DNA of 64,000 nt from Rickettsiales bacterium (GTDB lineage Bacteria > Pseudomonadota > Alphaproteobacteria > Rickettsiales > UBA8987), in contig JAHDCD010000001.1 of the NCBI GenBank assembly GCA_020630095.1, forward strand, positions 133,698 through 197,697, given 5' to 3'. The translations under genes were made by a program, and so were the position numbers. The notes beneath the pieces were generated by a model. It saw only the letters and a list, made by a program, of their open reading frames with translations. It ran no database searches and was not told where the DNA came from. Positions within the stretch are counted from its first letter, which is position 1. Each line of letters opens with the position of its first letter. Below, one piece after another: positions 40,901 to 50,954 of this stretch.

Positions 40901-42577
40901 TCAGGTCCTAATTCTATCTTTATTTAAATCAAAATAGACTCTAGTACCTTCACCTTTTGAGGATTTAATTTTTAACTCAGAGCCATGCAATTCAACAAAG
41001 ACCTTACACATAGGTAAGCCTAAACCTGTACCGCCTTTAGCAAGTTCAGAATGTACCTGACCAAAGGTAGATAACGCCTTTGGAATATCGGCTTCATCCA
41101 TACCTATACCGGTATCAGAAACCATTATACGAATCTTTCCATTCTCTCTTCTATAAATATCTAACTTAATTATTCCTTCAGATGGCGTATATTTATCTGC
41201 ATTAGAAATTAAATTAATTAGAACCTGTTTAATCCTACGAGAATCTACTTTAACTTTAGGTAAATCGGGCTCAATTTCATCGATAATTCTAGCTTTATCT
41301 TTAGAGTCATTATTAGTAAAGCTACCTAAAGATTCATGCACAATATCGTTTAAATCAACGATAGATTCTTGAATATCAAGCTTACCAGCCTCCCCCTTGG
41401 AAAATTCCAATATATCTGTAACTAAACTTAATAAATGATGCCCCGAATCATTTATATCAATAATCCGCTCTTCTTGCTTTTCATTGATATCACCAAAGAA
41501 CCTACCTTTAAGCATATCTGAAAAACCTATTATAGCATTTAAAGGAGTCCTAAGTTCGTGACTCATATTAGCTAAAAATTCACTCTTTGACTGACTAGCG
41601 GCAATTGCACCTAGCTCGGCTTTTTTAGCTTCTTCAGTTTTTCTATTTAGAATTAAAGCAAATAAACCAATAATTGCTGCAAATAACGCAAATATAAGGA
41701 AAAATAGAATATCTAACATTCTGTTTTCACGCCACTCGGAATAAATATCACCATCATCAACGAATATTGCAACATCAACACCTATCGATTCAATATTTTG
41801 CAATGCAATCACCCCCTCTTCAATTGCAAACGGGTTTGCGATTGCTTTTGCCAAGCCGCCTTTTTCAAAAAGATGCTTAGTTTGCTTAATTATATTAGGA
41901 TTCTCAATTGTAGATATAAGTGCATTCGTATTCTTACGCATTAAGTGAATTTTTTTACTTTCAAAGCTTGAATCAATAGATTTAAAGAAATCAAATATAT
42001 AGGAAGCATCAACAAATGTTGCAACTACACCATTAAATGAACCGTCCACACCTATAGACTCGCGCGAGAGAACAAAATAAACCTTCCCGCCAGCCTCATA
42101 TAAAAAGATTTCCAATTTATTTTCATAAGACTCAACATGATTTGAAAAGAACGGATATTTTGCTACAGAAGCATTGTATTTCAAGCCAATTTCATCACCA
42201 GTTTTCTCAAAGAAAGACTTAACAAGCCCTTCTTCATTAATAACCATCAATGCCGCTATTTGTGGTATTTCTTCACTCCACATTTTTAGGCTATTTTGAA
42301 CATCTAGATAGATTGTATTGCCAAAAAGCTCATTAACATATTGTTTTTGCTGAACTCTCTTTAGTGTCATATCCGAGGCCAAAAGGATGATCTCAATATG
42401 ATCTGACGTCATATTAGTAATCTGTGAAACCTCACGATTACCCTCAGATGCCGCTTCATTATAACCTGCTGAGGCACGAAAAATAACAAACAATAAATTG
42501 ATTAATAAAATAAAAATCAGCGCTATAATAATAACGCTCGATGTTTGTTTAGAAGTTATTTTAATAAATTTTAGCAC
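40901..42577 (-). CDS. Membrane sensor histidine kinase (PleC/DivJ-like core, Cache-like sensor)
   Basis: KSEFLANMSHELRTPLNAIIGFSDMLKGRFFGDINEKQ...; NLISNADKYTP; VSDTGIGM; GTGLGLPMCKVFVELHG; two TM segments. Confidence 0.92.
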   Translation of the reverse strand: MLKFIKITSKQTSSVIIIALIFILLINLLFVIFRASAGYNEAASEGNREVSQITNMTSDHIEIILLASDMTLKRVQQKQYVNELFGNTIYLDVQNSLKMWSEEIPQIAALMVINEEGLVKSFFEKTGDEIGLKYNASVAKYPFFSNHVESYENKLEIFLYEAGGKVYFVLSRESIGVDGSFNGVVATFVDASYIFDFFKSIDSSFESKKIHLMRKNTNALISTIENPNIIKQTKHLFEKGGLAKAIANPFAIEEGVIALQNIESIGVDVAIFVDDGDIYSEWRENRMLDILFFLIFALFAAIIGLFALILNRKTEEAKKAELGAIAASQSKSEFLANMSHELRTPLNAIIGFSDMLKGRFFGDINEKQEERIIDINDSGHHLLSLVTDILEFSKGEAGKLDIQESIVDLNDIVHESLGSFTNNDSKDKARIIDEIEPDLPKVKVDSRRIKQVLINLISNADKYTPSEGIIKLDIYRRENGKIRIMVSDTGIGMDEADIPKALSTFGQVHSELAKGGTGLGLPMCKVFVELHGSELKIKSSKGEGTRVYFDLNKDRIRT

Positions 42578-42583
42578 TTACTC

Positions 42584-43324
42584 CTAAGCTATCACTCCAG
42601 TAACACAACTCCAGTAGTTTTTTGGTAAGCTTTTTTGAATCTTTAAAGCATCTAGCTGATTATCAAAAATAGCAAAGCACGTAGCACCTGAACCAGACAT
42701 TCCATAACGCTTGTTTTTAGATAGTAAATTCAATAAATTTTCTATCTCAGGTTCAACTTCACATGCAAATTTAGTTAAATGATTCTCACCTTCTAACTCG
42801 CTCAATCTAACTTTTTTAAAAACATCTACAGTAGATACATGAACATTCGGATTAACTAATAAAATATAGCACTTAATAAACTCATCTAACAATTTAATTT
42901 GCTCACCTATTCCACTGAATATTAAAGGCTTTGAATATACACATGCCGGAACATCCGCCCCTAGCTCTAATCCAATTTCACAAAGCTCTTTTTTACTTAA
43001 GTTTAAATTATATTGCTTATTAAACCAATTAAGCGCTACCGCGGCATCCGCCGAACCACCGCCTAATCCTGCACCTACAGGTATATTTTTCTTTAAATTA
43101 TAGGTGGTTTTAGCTTTTATATTAAACTTAGATTTCATCAAGAATATAGCCTTATCAACTATATTATCCTCAATATGACCACCCTGCCCGTTATCTCCAA
43201 CAAAGAATTCTATCTCATCATATAAATCAGAGGCAAATACGCACAAGCTCTCGAGTTCATGATAACCATTTGGTAATTTCCCACGAATATATAGGTTAAG
43301 GTTTATTTTTGCGTGAGCTTTCAC
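42584..43324 (-). CDS. ispE: 4-diphosphocytidyl-2-C-methyl-D-erythritol kinase
   Basis: AHAKINLNLYIRGKLPNGYHELES; IPVGAGLGGGSADAA. Confidence 0.94.
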   Translation of the reverse strand: MKAHAKINLNLYIRGKLPNGYHELESLCVFASDLYDEIEFFVGDNGQGGHIEDNIVDKAIFLMKSKFNIKAKTTYNLKKNIPVGAGLGGGSADAAVALNWFNKQYNLNLSKKELCEIGLELGADVPACVYSKPLIFSGIGEQIKLLDEFIKCYILLVNPNVHVSTVDVFKKVRLSELEGENHLTKFACEVEPEIENLLNLLSKNKRYGMSGSGATCFAIFDNQLDALKIQKSLPKNYWSCVTGVIA

Positions 43325-43360
43325 TTTACTTTTTAAACTACAATATTAACTATACTAGCT

Positions 43361-45115
43361 ATGCCAATTTATAATGCACCATTAGATGACTTTAAATTCG
43401 CCCTTAATGAATGGATAGGGATAGAGAAATATTCTCATATCAAAGGATATGAGGACGCATCTATCATGGAACCTTTAATGGAAGAAGGTGCGCGCTACTG
43501 CGAAGAGGTGCTTTTCCCAATCAACCAATCCGGTGACGAAGAAGGTTTAAAATTAGAAAGTGGTAAAGTTACGCTACCTAACGGCTTTGTAGACGCTTAT
43601 AAAACTTATGTTGAATCTGGCTGGCCATCATTTGCCTGCGTTGAAGAATATGGGGGGCAGGGTCTACCCAACCTATACAACACACCATTCATGGAAATGG
43701 TATGCTCATCAAACTTATCATTTGGTTTACTACCTGGTTTATCGCATGGCGCATACTCAGCATTAAATATATTTGGCAATCAAGACCAAAAAGAAAAATA
43801 CCTAACTAAGTTAATTTCCGGCGAATGGACTGGCATAATGTGCTTAACCGAACCCGGCGCAGGAACGGACTTAGGCTTAATGACCACAAAAGCAGAACCT
43901 CAAGATGATGGTACATATAAAATTACCGGTTCAAAAATATTTATATCATTTGGTGAACATGATGCCGCAGAAAATATAGTACACTTAGTACTAGCACGCT
44001 TACCGGATGCCCCAGAAGGTGTGCGCGGTATATCTTTGTTCGTAACAACCCGTAACGAATTTGATGATAATGGTGTAACCGGTGAACGTAGAAAAGAAAT
44101 TGAATGCGGTGCAATTGAACATAAAATGGGCATCCATGCATCACCAACATGTGTAATGAATTACGATGGCGCATTTGCTAGGCTTGTTGGTGAGCCTAAT
44201 AAAGGCTTAAAAGCAATGTTCGTAATGATGAACGAGGCACGCCTACTTGTTGGTTTGCAAGGCTTGGGGATATCTGAAGTAGCATACCAGAATGCATTAG
44301 CCTACGCTGAAGAGCGTTTACAAGGTCGCGCACTAAAAGGCGCAGTGCTTCCAAACAAAAAGGCAGACCCTATAACGGCTCACCCAGATGTACGTAGAAT
44401 GTTACTTACTATGCGCTCGTTAGTTGAAGGGAATCGTATCCTAGCAATGTGGACATATTTAAACATTGATATCGCCCACCATGCAACGGACGAAAAAGAA
44501 AAACAAAAAGCGGATGATTTTGTGCAATTCATAACGCCTGTGGTAAAATCATTCCTAACAGAAATGGGCACTTACGTTGCCAACCTAGCAATTCAAGTGC
44601 ATGGCGGTTATGGCTATATTAAGGAATATGGCGTAGAGCAATATTTGCGCGATTGTAGAATTACCGAAATTTACGAAGGTACAAACGGCGTACAAGCGCT
44701 TGACCTTGTAGGTAGAAAATTACCTGCAAATACAGGAAGGTACTTAAGAGGCTTCACCCATGAGATTGATCAATTTATCTCTGACAATAGAGATGACGAA
44801 AACATGGCTGAGTTTACTAAGCCATTATACCAAGTATTAAAGTCGCTTCAGCAAGCATCTTTATGGATTGCACAAAAAGGTATGGCAAATCCAGATGAGG
44901 CCGCTGGTGCATCGTCTGACTATTTACGTTTAGTAGCCCTTACCGCGCTTGCATATATTTGGGCTAAATCGGCAAAAATATCTTTGGATAAGAAGGATCA
45001 AGATTTCTACGCAACAAAAATCAAAACCGCGAGGTTCTATATGCATAAAATCTTACCTGAACATTTCTCATTATTAGCTAAGCTAACTTCTGGTGTTAAG
45101 TATTTAGAGTTATAA
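43361..45115 (+). CDS. Acyl-CoA dehydrogenase
   Basis: GIMCLTEPGAGTDLGLMTTKA; AIQVHGGYGYIKEYGVEQYLRDCRITEIYEGTNGVQALDLVGRK. Confidence 0.93.
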   Translation: MPIYNAPLDDFKFALNEWIGIEKYSHIKGYEDASIMEPLMEEGARYCEEVLFPINQSGDEEGLKLESGKVTLPNGFVDAYKTYVESGWPSFACVEEYGGQGLPNLYNTPFMEMVCSSNLSFGLLPGLSHGAYSALNIFGNQDQKEKYLTKLISGEWTGIMCLTEPGAGTDLGLMTTKAEPQDDGTYKITGSKIFISFGEHDAAENIVHLVLARLPDAPEGVRGISLFVTTRNEFDDNGVTGERRKEIECGAIEHKMGIHASPTCVMNYDGAFARLVGEPNKGLKAMFVMMNEARLLVGLQGLGISEVAYQNALAYAEERLQGRALKGAVLPNKKADPITAHPDVRRMLLTMRSLVEGNRILAMWTYLNIDIAHHATDEKEKQKADDFVQFITPVVKSFLTEMGTYVANLAIQVHGGYGYIKEYGVEQYLRDCRITEIYEGTNGVQALDLVGRKLPANTGRYLRGFTHEIDQFISDNRDDENMAEFTKPLYQVLKSLQQASLWIAQKGMANPDEAAGASSDYLRLVALTALAYIWAKSAKISLDKKDQDFYATKIKTARFYMHKILPEHFSLLAKLTSGVKYLEL

Positions 45116-45157
45116 ATTGTTAACGCTTTGTTAACTAACTTTTGCTAATATGCATCG

Positions 45158-45433
45158 ATGAGTACAAAAGACATATTAGTTTCTGTGGTTGCTGTTATTC
45201 CGCCATTAATTGTAGCTTTAGAGCTGAGTAATGCCCTTGATAAGGATGGAAAATCAAATGCACCTCATATCCCAGAGGCCAAAGTTCAAACGGCAAGTGA
45301 AAAAGAAATTGCCGTCATGAAAGAGAGGGAGAGGTCTTTTGAAGAAGCTGTTGAAAAGCAAAGAGAAAAATGGCAAGATAGAGAGTCTAAAAGTAGCAAT
45401 TCAGCAGGCGCTCCATCGGGTTTTGGCAGATAA
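45158..45433 (+). CDS. Small hypothetical protein with N-terminal hydrophobic segment
   Basis: 91 aa open frame in gene context. Confidence 0.5.
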   Translation: MSTKDILVSVVAVIPPLIVALELSNALDKDGKSNAPHIPEAKVQTASEKEIAVMKERERSFEEAVEKQREKWQDRESKSSNSAGAPSGFGR

Positions 45434-45471
45434 TTTGTAATATTTTTTTATAATCATAAGAATAATAGTTT

Positions 45472-46047
45472 ATGAGAAATTTAATTCTTACACTAATTTT
45501 ATTATTAACCCCTTTGAAATCTGAAGCAGTAAATATTAAGAAAGCCTATTTTGCCGCGGGCTGTTTCTGGTGTATCCAACCTGTATACGATAGCCTAGAT
45601 GGCGTAATTGAAACATCTGTTGGTTATGCAGGCATTACCGGTAACGAAACAGTAGAGGCAAATTATAAAAATATAACAACAGGCACTTCAGGCTACCTAG
45701 AAGCTATTGAGGTAACCTACAATCCAAGCGAAGTTTCATACTCAACTTTATTAGAAAATCTTTGGCTTAATATAGACCCTTACGATAAATATGGGCAATT
45801 CGCCGATAAAGGAGAGCAGTATCAAAGTGCTATAATTTATAATACCGAGCAAGAAAAGGTAGAAGCCTTAGAATCTGCTAAGAAGTTAGAAATTGCTGAT
45901 TACGAAACTAGGATTTTAGAATTTAAGAGCTTCTTTGATGCCGAAGAATATCATCAAGACTATTATAAAAAGAATCCAATGCGCTACAATATGTACAAGT
46001 ATGGTTCCGGCCGCCTACAACGCTTAAAACAATTATGGAATAAATAA
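45472..46047 (+). CDS. msrA: Peptide-methionine (S)-S-oxide reductase
   Basis: [31 protein letters not shown]-like motif. Confidence 0.95.
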   Translation: [191 protein letters not shown]

Positions 46048-46566
46048 TTACTCAGCCTCTTTAAACTCTAAAGCAACGCCGTTGGTACAAAAACGTTTAC
46101 CCGTTGAATGCTTAGGGCCATCGTCAAATACATGACCTAAATGCGCGCCACATGTGGCACAATGAAATTCAACCCTTTCATAACCTAATTTAAAATCTAC
46201 TGAAGTATTAACTGAACCTTCTATAGCATCATCAAAAGATGGCCAACCAGTGCCGGAGTCAAACTTAGTTCCAGACTCAAACAAATGCTCACCACACGCG
46301 GCACAATTATAATGCCCCGTTCTTTTCTCCTCATTTAATGGTGAAGTGAATGCACGCTCAGTTCCCTGTTCAAACATAACTTCATAAGCCTGAGGTGATA
46401 GTTTATCTTTATACTTTTCAGATCCTGTCATTTTTATAAACCTATTTCCCGCTTCAGTTTCTACATAGCCAGTTTTTATAACCTTAATTTTCTCTTCCTT
46501 TTGAAAAAAGAAAAAGTACGAAAACCCGCTTGCAATAAGCACTATTATAATAAATATTAATTTCAT
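46048..46566 (-). CDS. msrB: Peptide-methionine (R)-S-oxide reductase, membrane-anchored
   Basis: GHYNCAACGEHLFES; EFHCATCGAHLGHVFDDGPKHSTGKRFCTNGVALEF; N-terminal TM. Confidence 0.95.
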   Translation of the reverse strand: MKLIFIIIVLIASGFSYFFFFQKEEKIKVIKTGYVETEAGNRFIKMTGSEKYKDKLSPQAYEVMFEQGTERAFTSPLNEEKRTGHYNCAACGEHLFESGTKFDSGTGWPSFDDAIEGSVNTSVDFKLGYERVEFHCATCGAHLGHVFDDGPKHSTGKRFCTNGVALEFKEAE

Positions 46567-46581
46567 TAATTTTTAACTATC

Positions 46582-47427
46582 ATGATAATAGACGGTAAGG
46601 CAATATCTAATAAGCTAATTAGCAATCTTGAGAAGGAAGTTGCAACTCTACCTTCAAAACCCGGCTTAGCTGTTGTTCTTGTAGGCGAAGACCCTGCAAG
46701 TAAGGTTTACGTATCTAATAAAATTAAGAAAACCGAAAAAATTGGTATGAATAGCTTTGGCCACTTTATGCCAGAATCTACCACAGAAGAAGATTTACTA
46801 GCTAAAGTAGATGAGCTAAATAAAGACGATTCTGTACACGGCATTTTAGTGCAATTACCACTACCTAAGCACATCAAAGAAGAAGCTATTATAGACAGAG
46901 TATCTCCGGAAAAAGATGTTGATGGCTTCCACGTTGTAAATTCTGGTAAACTATTCTGCGGACTAACAAATACCGCACTTGTACCATGTACGCCATCTGG
47001 CTGTGTAATACTTGCCAAAGAAGCCTTAGGCGATAATTTATCTGGTAACCATGTTGTGGTTATTGGTCGCTCAAATATTGTTGGTAAGCCAGCTGCACAA
47101 CTATTCCTTCAAGAAAATTGCACTGTAACGATTGCTCATTCAAGAACACGCAACTTAGAAGAAATCTGTAAACAAGCAGATATTCTAGTACCTGCAATCG
47201 GTAGAGCAAACTTTATCGGCATAGAACATGTAAAACAAGGCGCCACAATTATTGATGTAGGCATTAACCGCAACGAAGAAGGCAAACTATGCGGGGACGT
47301 TAACTTTGAAGAAGTAAAAGATATCGCAAGTCATATATCCCCCGTACCAGGTGGAGTTGGCCCAATGACTATCGCTTGTTTATTGAAAAATACAGTTAGA
47401 GCTTATAGAAATATTAATAATGTCTGA
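46582..47427 (+). CDS. folD: Methylenetetrahydrofolate dehydrogenase/cyclohydrolase
   Basis: GILVQLPLPKHI; VVIGRSNIVGKPAAQLF; PVPGGVGPMTIACLL. Confidence 0.97.
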   Translation: MIIDGKAISNKLISNLEKEVATLPSKPGLAVVLVGEDPASKVYVSNKIKKTEKIGMNSFGHFMPESTTEEDLLAKVDELNKDDSVHGILVQLPLPKHIKEEAIIDRVSPEKDVDGFHVVNSGKLFCGLTNTALVPCTPSGCVILAKEALGDNLSGNHVVVIGRSNIVGKPAAQLFLQENCTVTIAHSRTRNLEEICKQADILVPAIGRANFIGIEHVKQGATIIDVGINRNEEGKLCGDVNFEEVKDIASHISPVPGGVGPMTIACLLKNTVRAYRNINNV

Positions 47428-48034
47428 CGAAAAGAAAAAATACTCTACCTCAGATGTACTAGAAAATCTTGTAATTGAAACTAAGCAGCAAGATAAAGTT
47501 TCAATTGGCGAGCTTAAAATGCTCTTAAAGGATAGAGGGTTCGATATCTTAATGATAATCGCTGCACTACCAATGTGCATACCTATTCCTGTACCTCCAG
47601 GTTACACAACATTCTTTTCAATCCCTTTATTTATATTCGCATGGCAAATGTTAATGGGATCACGCAGTGTATGGTTACCCAAATGGATAAATAAAAAAGA
47701 AATTAAACGTACTACAGCCGGTTTGCTGGTAGAAAAAGCCAGCCCTAGCCTTCGCTTTATTGAGCGCTTCTCAAGGCCTCGGGCGTTATGGATGCTTAGT
47801 AAACAAACAAGGCGAATACTGGGATTCATAGTAATGGTACTAACAGTATCTATTGCCCTACCCTTACCACTAACAAACCTGCTTCCGGCATGGGGCATAG
47901 TAATTATGTGCATAGGCTCTTTAAACCGCGATGGCTTACTAAGCTTAATCGGGGTACTTATTGGAATTGCAGGCGTGGCCGTTACCCTTTTGGTCCTTTA
48001 TGGTGGCGTTGAGTTAATAAATTCAATTTTTTAA
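47420..48034 (+). CDS. Exopolysaccharide synthesis ExoD-family membrane protein
   Basis: MLLKDRGFDILMIIAALPMCIPIPVPPGYTTFFSIPLFIFAWQM. Confidence 0.85.
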   Translation: MSDEKKKYSTSDVLENLVIETKQQDKVSIGELKMLLKDRGFDILMIIAALPMCIPIPVPPGYTTFFSIPLFIFAWQMLMGSRSVWLPKWINKKEIKRTTAGLLVEKASPSLRFIERFSRPRALWMLSKQTRRILGFIVMVLTVSIALPLPLTNLLPAWGIVIMCIGSLNRDGLLSLIGVLIGIAGVAVTLLVLYGGVELINSIF

Positions 48035-48068
48035 CGTTTTTTTAACAATTTTATAAGATAATAAGCCT

Positions 48069-49355
48069 ATGTCTAACTACACAGATATAAGCAAGCTAAA
48101 GTTAATTCCTTTAAGAGGTGCCTTTCCAGAAAATGTACTAAAACTTACTTGGAATGAAATTCTTCAAACCTTTAATCCAACTCTATCTACTGAAAATTTT
48201 CAAGCCAGAGCTAAGGATAATAATGACATGGTTGACCTAGAAGCCTTAGTTATAGATATTAATGGTCGTGAAATAAACATATTTAAGAGAGCAAAGAGTG
48301 ATCCTCAAATTCAAGGTATTAACGAAAATCAAGTAATTATTTACATTACAGAATCTGATAGAGATCATATTTTAGAGAACACACACTCTGTAGAAAACTT
48401 TACTAGAATAGACTTTTCGGGGAAAAGAGGAAAGGTAACTGAGGGTATGCATTCACTTAAAAATGCCATTAGAGAGCAAATTCCTGAACAAAGAAATGAA
48501 TCCCCAATCTATACATTTAAAGAGGAAGGGCAAGCAACGAAAAAACTAAGAAAATTTAAATTTAAATTTGAAGGAAAAATTTACAACTATTACAATACAC
48601 AGGCTCAAGATAAAGAAACTTTATTTGCTAATGCTCACTTTGAAGCTGAACAGGCTAACGAAATAGAAGGAAAAATAGCCGAAATAGATTCACCTAAAGA
48701 AAGCAATGGTAAGAAAAGCGAGGCTTCACATAACGATGAAAAAATTATTCCGGCTTCAAAAATAATAAAACAACCCCAAAAAGTACGTTTTCACTTCTTA
48801 AATATCCTTGCGAATAGTGCAATTAAAAGAGATAGCGAGGGCGTGAAAAATCCAGATTATGGCTCAGGAAAATATTCTCAATGTTATTTTATTACCAATG
48901 AAGGAGCACAAATAGCCTTTACCGCTAAATTAAATCAAACAAAAAGGGCTTTAATATACATAAAAGAAAGTCAACAAAGCGATTTCCTTTCTCTCTATGA
49001 AGCTTATGAAGAGGCCTTCACAAAAGAGGGAGATGGCATAAGGAAAGAAAATGCAAATAGACGTAAGTATAATCTTAACCCTGAAAACGCCGATGAAAAA
49101 ACACTTATCACGGATGAAGAAAAAATAGCACGATGTAAAAGGGCTGGAATGAATGGCTTACTAGGAGAAATAGATAAAGAGGCAACTTCAGCATATAAAA
49201 AAACCAATGATATCCGCGACATACCGAGCAACAGTAAACCTAAGTTGCAAAAAGAGGGTGTTCAAATAGTCGCCAAAGCACCGGCAAAACCCTCTCAACA
49301 GCCAACAAGAGTTGTTGAAGCTCCAAAAACTGAAAATCAACTACAACAAGGCTAA
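48069..49355 (+). CDS. Large hypothetical protein (428 aa)
   Basis: Long open frame; charged with a low-complexity C terminus; no family recognised. Confidence 0.6.
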   Translation: MSNYTDISKLKLIPLRGAFPENVLKLTWNEILQTFNPTLSTENFQARAKDNNDMVDLEALVIDINGREINIFKRAKSDPQIQGINENQVIIYITESDRDHILENTHSVENFTRIDFSGKRGKVTEGMHSLKNAIREQIPEQRNESPIYTFKEEGQATKKLRKFKFKFEGKIYNYYNTQAQDKETLFANAHFEAEQANEIEGKIAEIDSPKESNGKKSEASHNDEKIIPASKIIKQPQKVRFHFLNILANSAIKRDSEGVKNPDYGSGKYSQCYFITNEGAQIAFTAKLNQTKRALIYIKESQQSDFLSLYEAYEEAFTKEGDGIRKENANRRKYNLNPENADEKTLITDEEKIARCKRAGMNGLLGEIDKEATSAYKKTNDIRDIPSNSKPKLQKEGVQIVAKAPAKPSQQPTRVVEAPKTENQLQQG

Positions 49356-49530
49356 TATCTTAGAGTTTTCGAATTATTTTTTAAATTAACTTAAAGTTAA
49401 CTAATTACAACCTAAGCGTGCTTGTACAAAGTACAGTTTTAAGTTATATACTTAAAGCTTTTTAATTTTTTATAAAACCAAAAAAGTAACCAAGTTTTTT
49501 TATTATTTTAACCACTTAGGGGTATCGGTT

Positions 49531-49731
49531 ATGAAAAGGGTAATTATGTTAACGGCACTAGCGTGCCTTGTTCAGTCTTGCACAGATGCGGATTCGTATC
49601 AGCAATCACTTAATCCAAATTATACAATTGTGGAATCTTATCCACAGAACGTATATTATGTTTCTGAAGAGGAGCGTTTATTCAATTCTCAAGCAGATGA
49701 AATGCAATTAAGTTACTATAATTGGTATTAA
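49531..49731 (+). CDS. Small putative lipoprotein
   Basis: Lipobox-like MKRVIMLTALACLVQSC followed by a short mature region. Confidence 0.45.
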   Translation: MKRVIMLTALACLVQSCTDADSYQQSLNPNYTIVESYPQNVYYVSEEERLFNSQADEMQLSYYNWY

Positions 49732-49825
49732 TACACTAATTATAAAAAAACTTCTTGCGAAGTACCGCTTGGATATACTATAAAACTGAAATCCGTTTTG
49801 TATGACGGATTATTATATTTTTAAT

Positions 49826-50031
49826 GCGGGTAGTTGGCTGCCCCGCCGCGAGTAGCGGCAATTAAATAATCACTCAGCCATTTATACAATGAGTGTTATT
49901 TTATTTTTTAAATTATCTCTACGGAATAATTTATTAACGCGGGTAGTTGGCTGAGTGCCCCGCGCCGTACAGGCGCAATCGAATAGTTCGAGCACTCAGA
50001 CAACTTTTTGTTGTTTTATATTATCTTAAAT
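49826..50031 (+). repeat. Two non-identical units upstream of tRNA-Ser, each beginning with a copy of the tRNA-Ser 5' end
   Basis: GCGGGTAGTTGGCTG at 49826-49840 and GCGGGTAGTTGGCTGAGTG at 49939-49957, versus the tRNA at 50032-50050. Confidence 0.92.
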
Positions 50032-50033
50032 GC

Positions 50034-50123
50034 GGGTAGTTGGCTGAGTGGTCGAAAGCACTAGTCTTGAAAACTAGCGAGGGGGCAACTCCTCCGGGGG
50101 TTCGAATCCCTCACTGCCCGCCA
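50034..50123 (+). tRNA. tRNA-Ser (TGA)
   Basis: GGGTAGTTGGCTGAGTGGTCGAAAGCACTAGTCTTGAAAACTAGCGAGGGGGCAACTCCTCCGGGGGTTCGAATCCCTCACTGCCCGCCA; class II tRNA with long variable arm. Confidence 0.95.
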
Positions 50124-50297
50124 TTTTCTCTTCCACTAACATCCTATAAAGTCCATTAAATCCTTGTATATCAACGGCTACATCATTTTCTCTGTCCATA
50201 GAGGTTTACTATTGTCCAGTGACATCTAGTATAAATGAGGGGTAAAATGGAGGGGTAAAATTACCCACTATATTTTTTACCCTTCATTTATTAGAAA

Positions 50298-50876
50298 ATG
50301 AAGCTAACGGACATTAAAATAAAATCTATTAAACCACCTATAGATAAAGCAAAGGAATCTTATGTAGATGGAGACGGCTTGCGTTTGATTGTAACTAACA
50401 AAGGCGGTAAATACTGGGAGTTTCGATATACCTACAACAACAAGCCAGACTCGCTTAATCTTGGTAAATATCCACATATTAGCCTTGCAGATGCACGAGA
50501 GAAGCGAAATGAGTTTAAAAAGCAGCTTGCTCACGGTGTAGACATTAAAGCCAATATTAGACAAGAGAAGCAATCTAAAGCTCTATCTGATGCTATTACC
50601 TTTGAAGTTATCGCTAGAGAGTGGCACGAGAAGAAACGCGAAGAATGGACAGAAAGGCACTCTAAATACGTTCTAAGACGCTTAGAAGCCGATTTATTCC
50701 CTGCTATTGGTTCAATGCCCATTAATACAATTACTACCGTAGACTTCTTAAACGCTCTTAGGGTAGTAGAAAAGCGAGGTGCATACGATATTACAAAGCG
50801 TATGCGTCAGACAGGTGGGCAGATATTCCGCTACGCTGTTGCAACTGGTAGAGCCGAGCGAGATAGCCAACTGTAA
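50298..50876 (+). pseudogene. Truncated phage-type tyrosine integrase (N-terminal part only)
   Basis: MKLTDIKIKSIKPPIDKAKESYVDGDGLRLIVTNKGGKYWEFRYTYNNKPDSLNLGKYPHISLADAREKR; ends at QIFRYAVATGRAERDSQL before the catalytic domain. Confidence 0.88.
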
Positions 50877-50954
50877 TACCAAGGGGGCTTGCCCCGTGGA
50901 TCGTTTACTATAATATTTGTTGCATCTCGTTACTATCAGTTTTAGGAGTTTATT

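Noticed and set aside
49381-49420. TTAACTTAAAGTTAA and GTACAAAGTAC palindromes after the 428-aa gene
   Set aside because: These are short palindromes in AT-rich DNA and no relation to the longer repeat families could be shown.
50298-50876. Intact integrative element with an active integrase
   Set aside because: The ORF stops after the N-terminal and core-binding regions. No catalytic R-H-R-Y domain or cargo genes follow.
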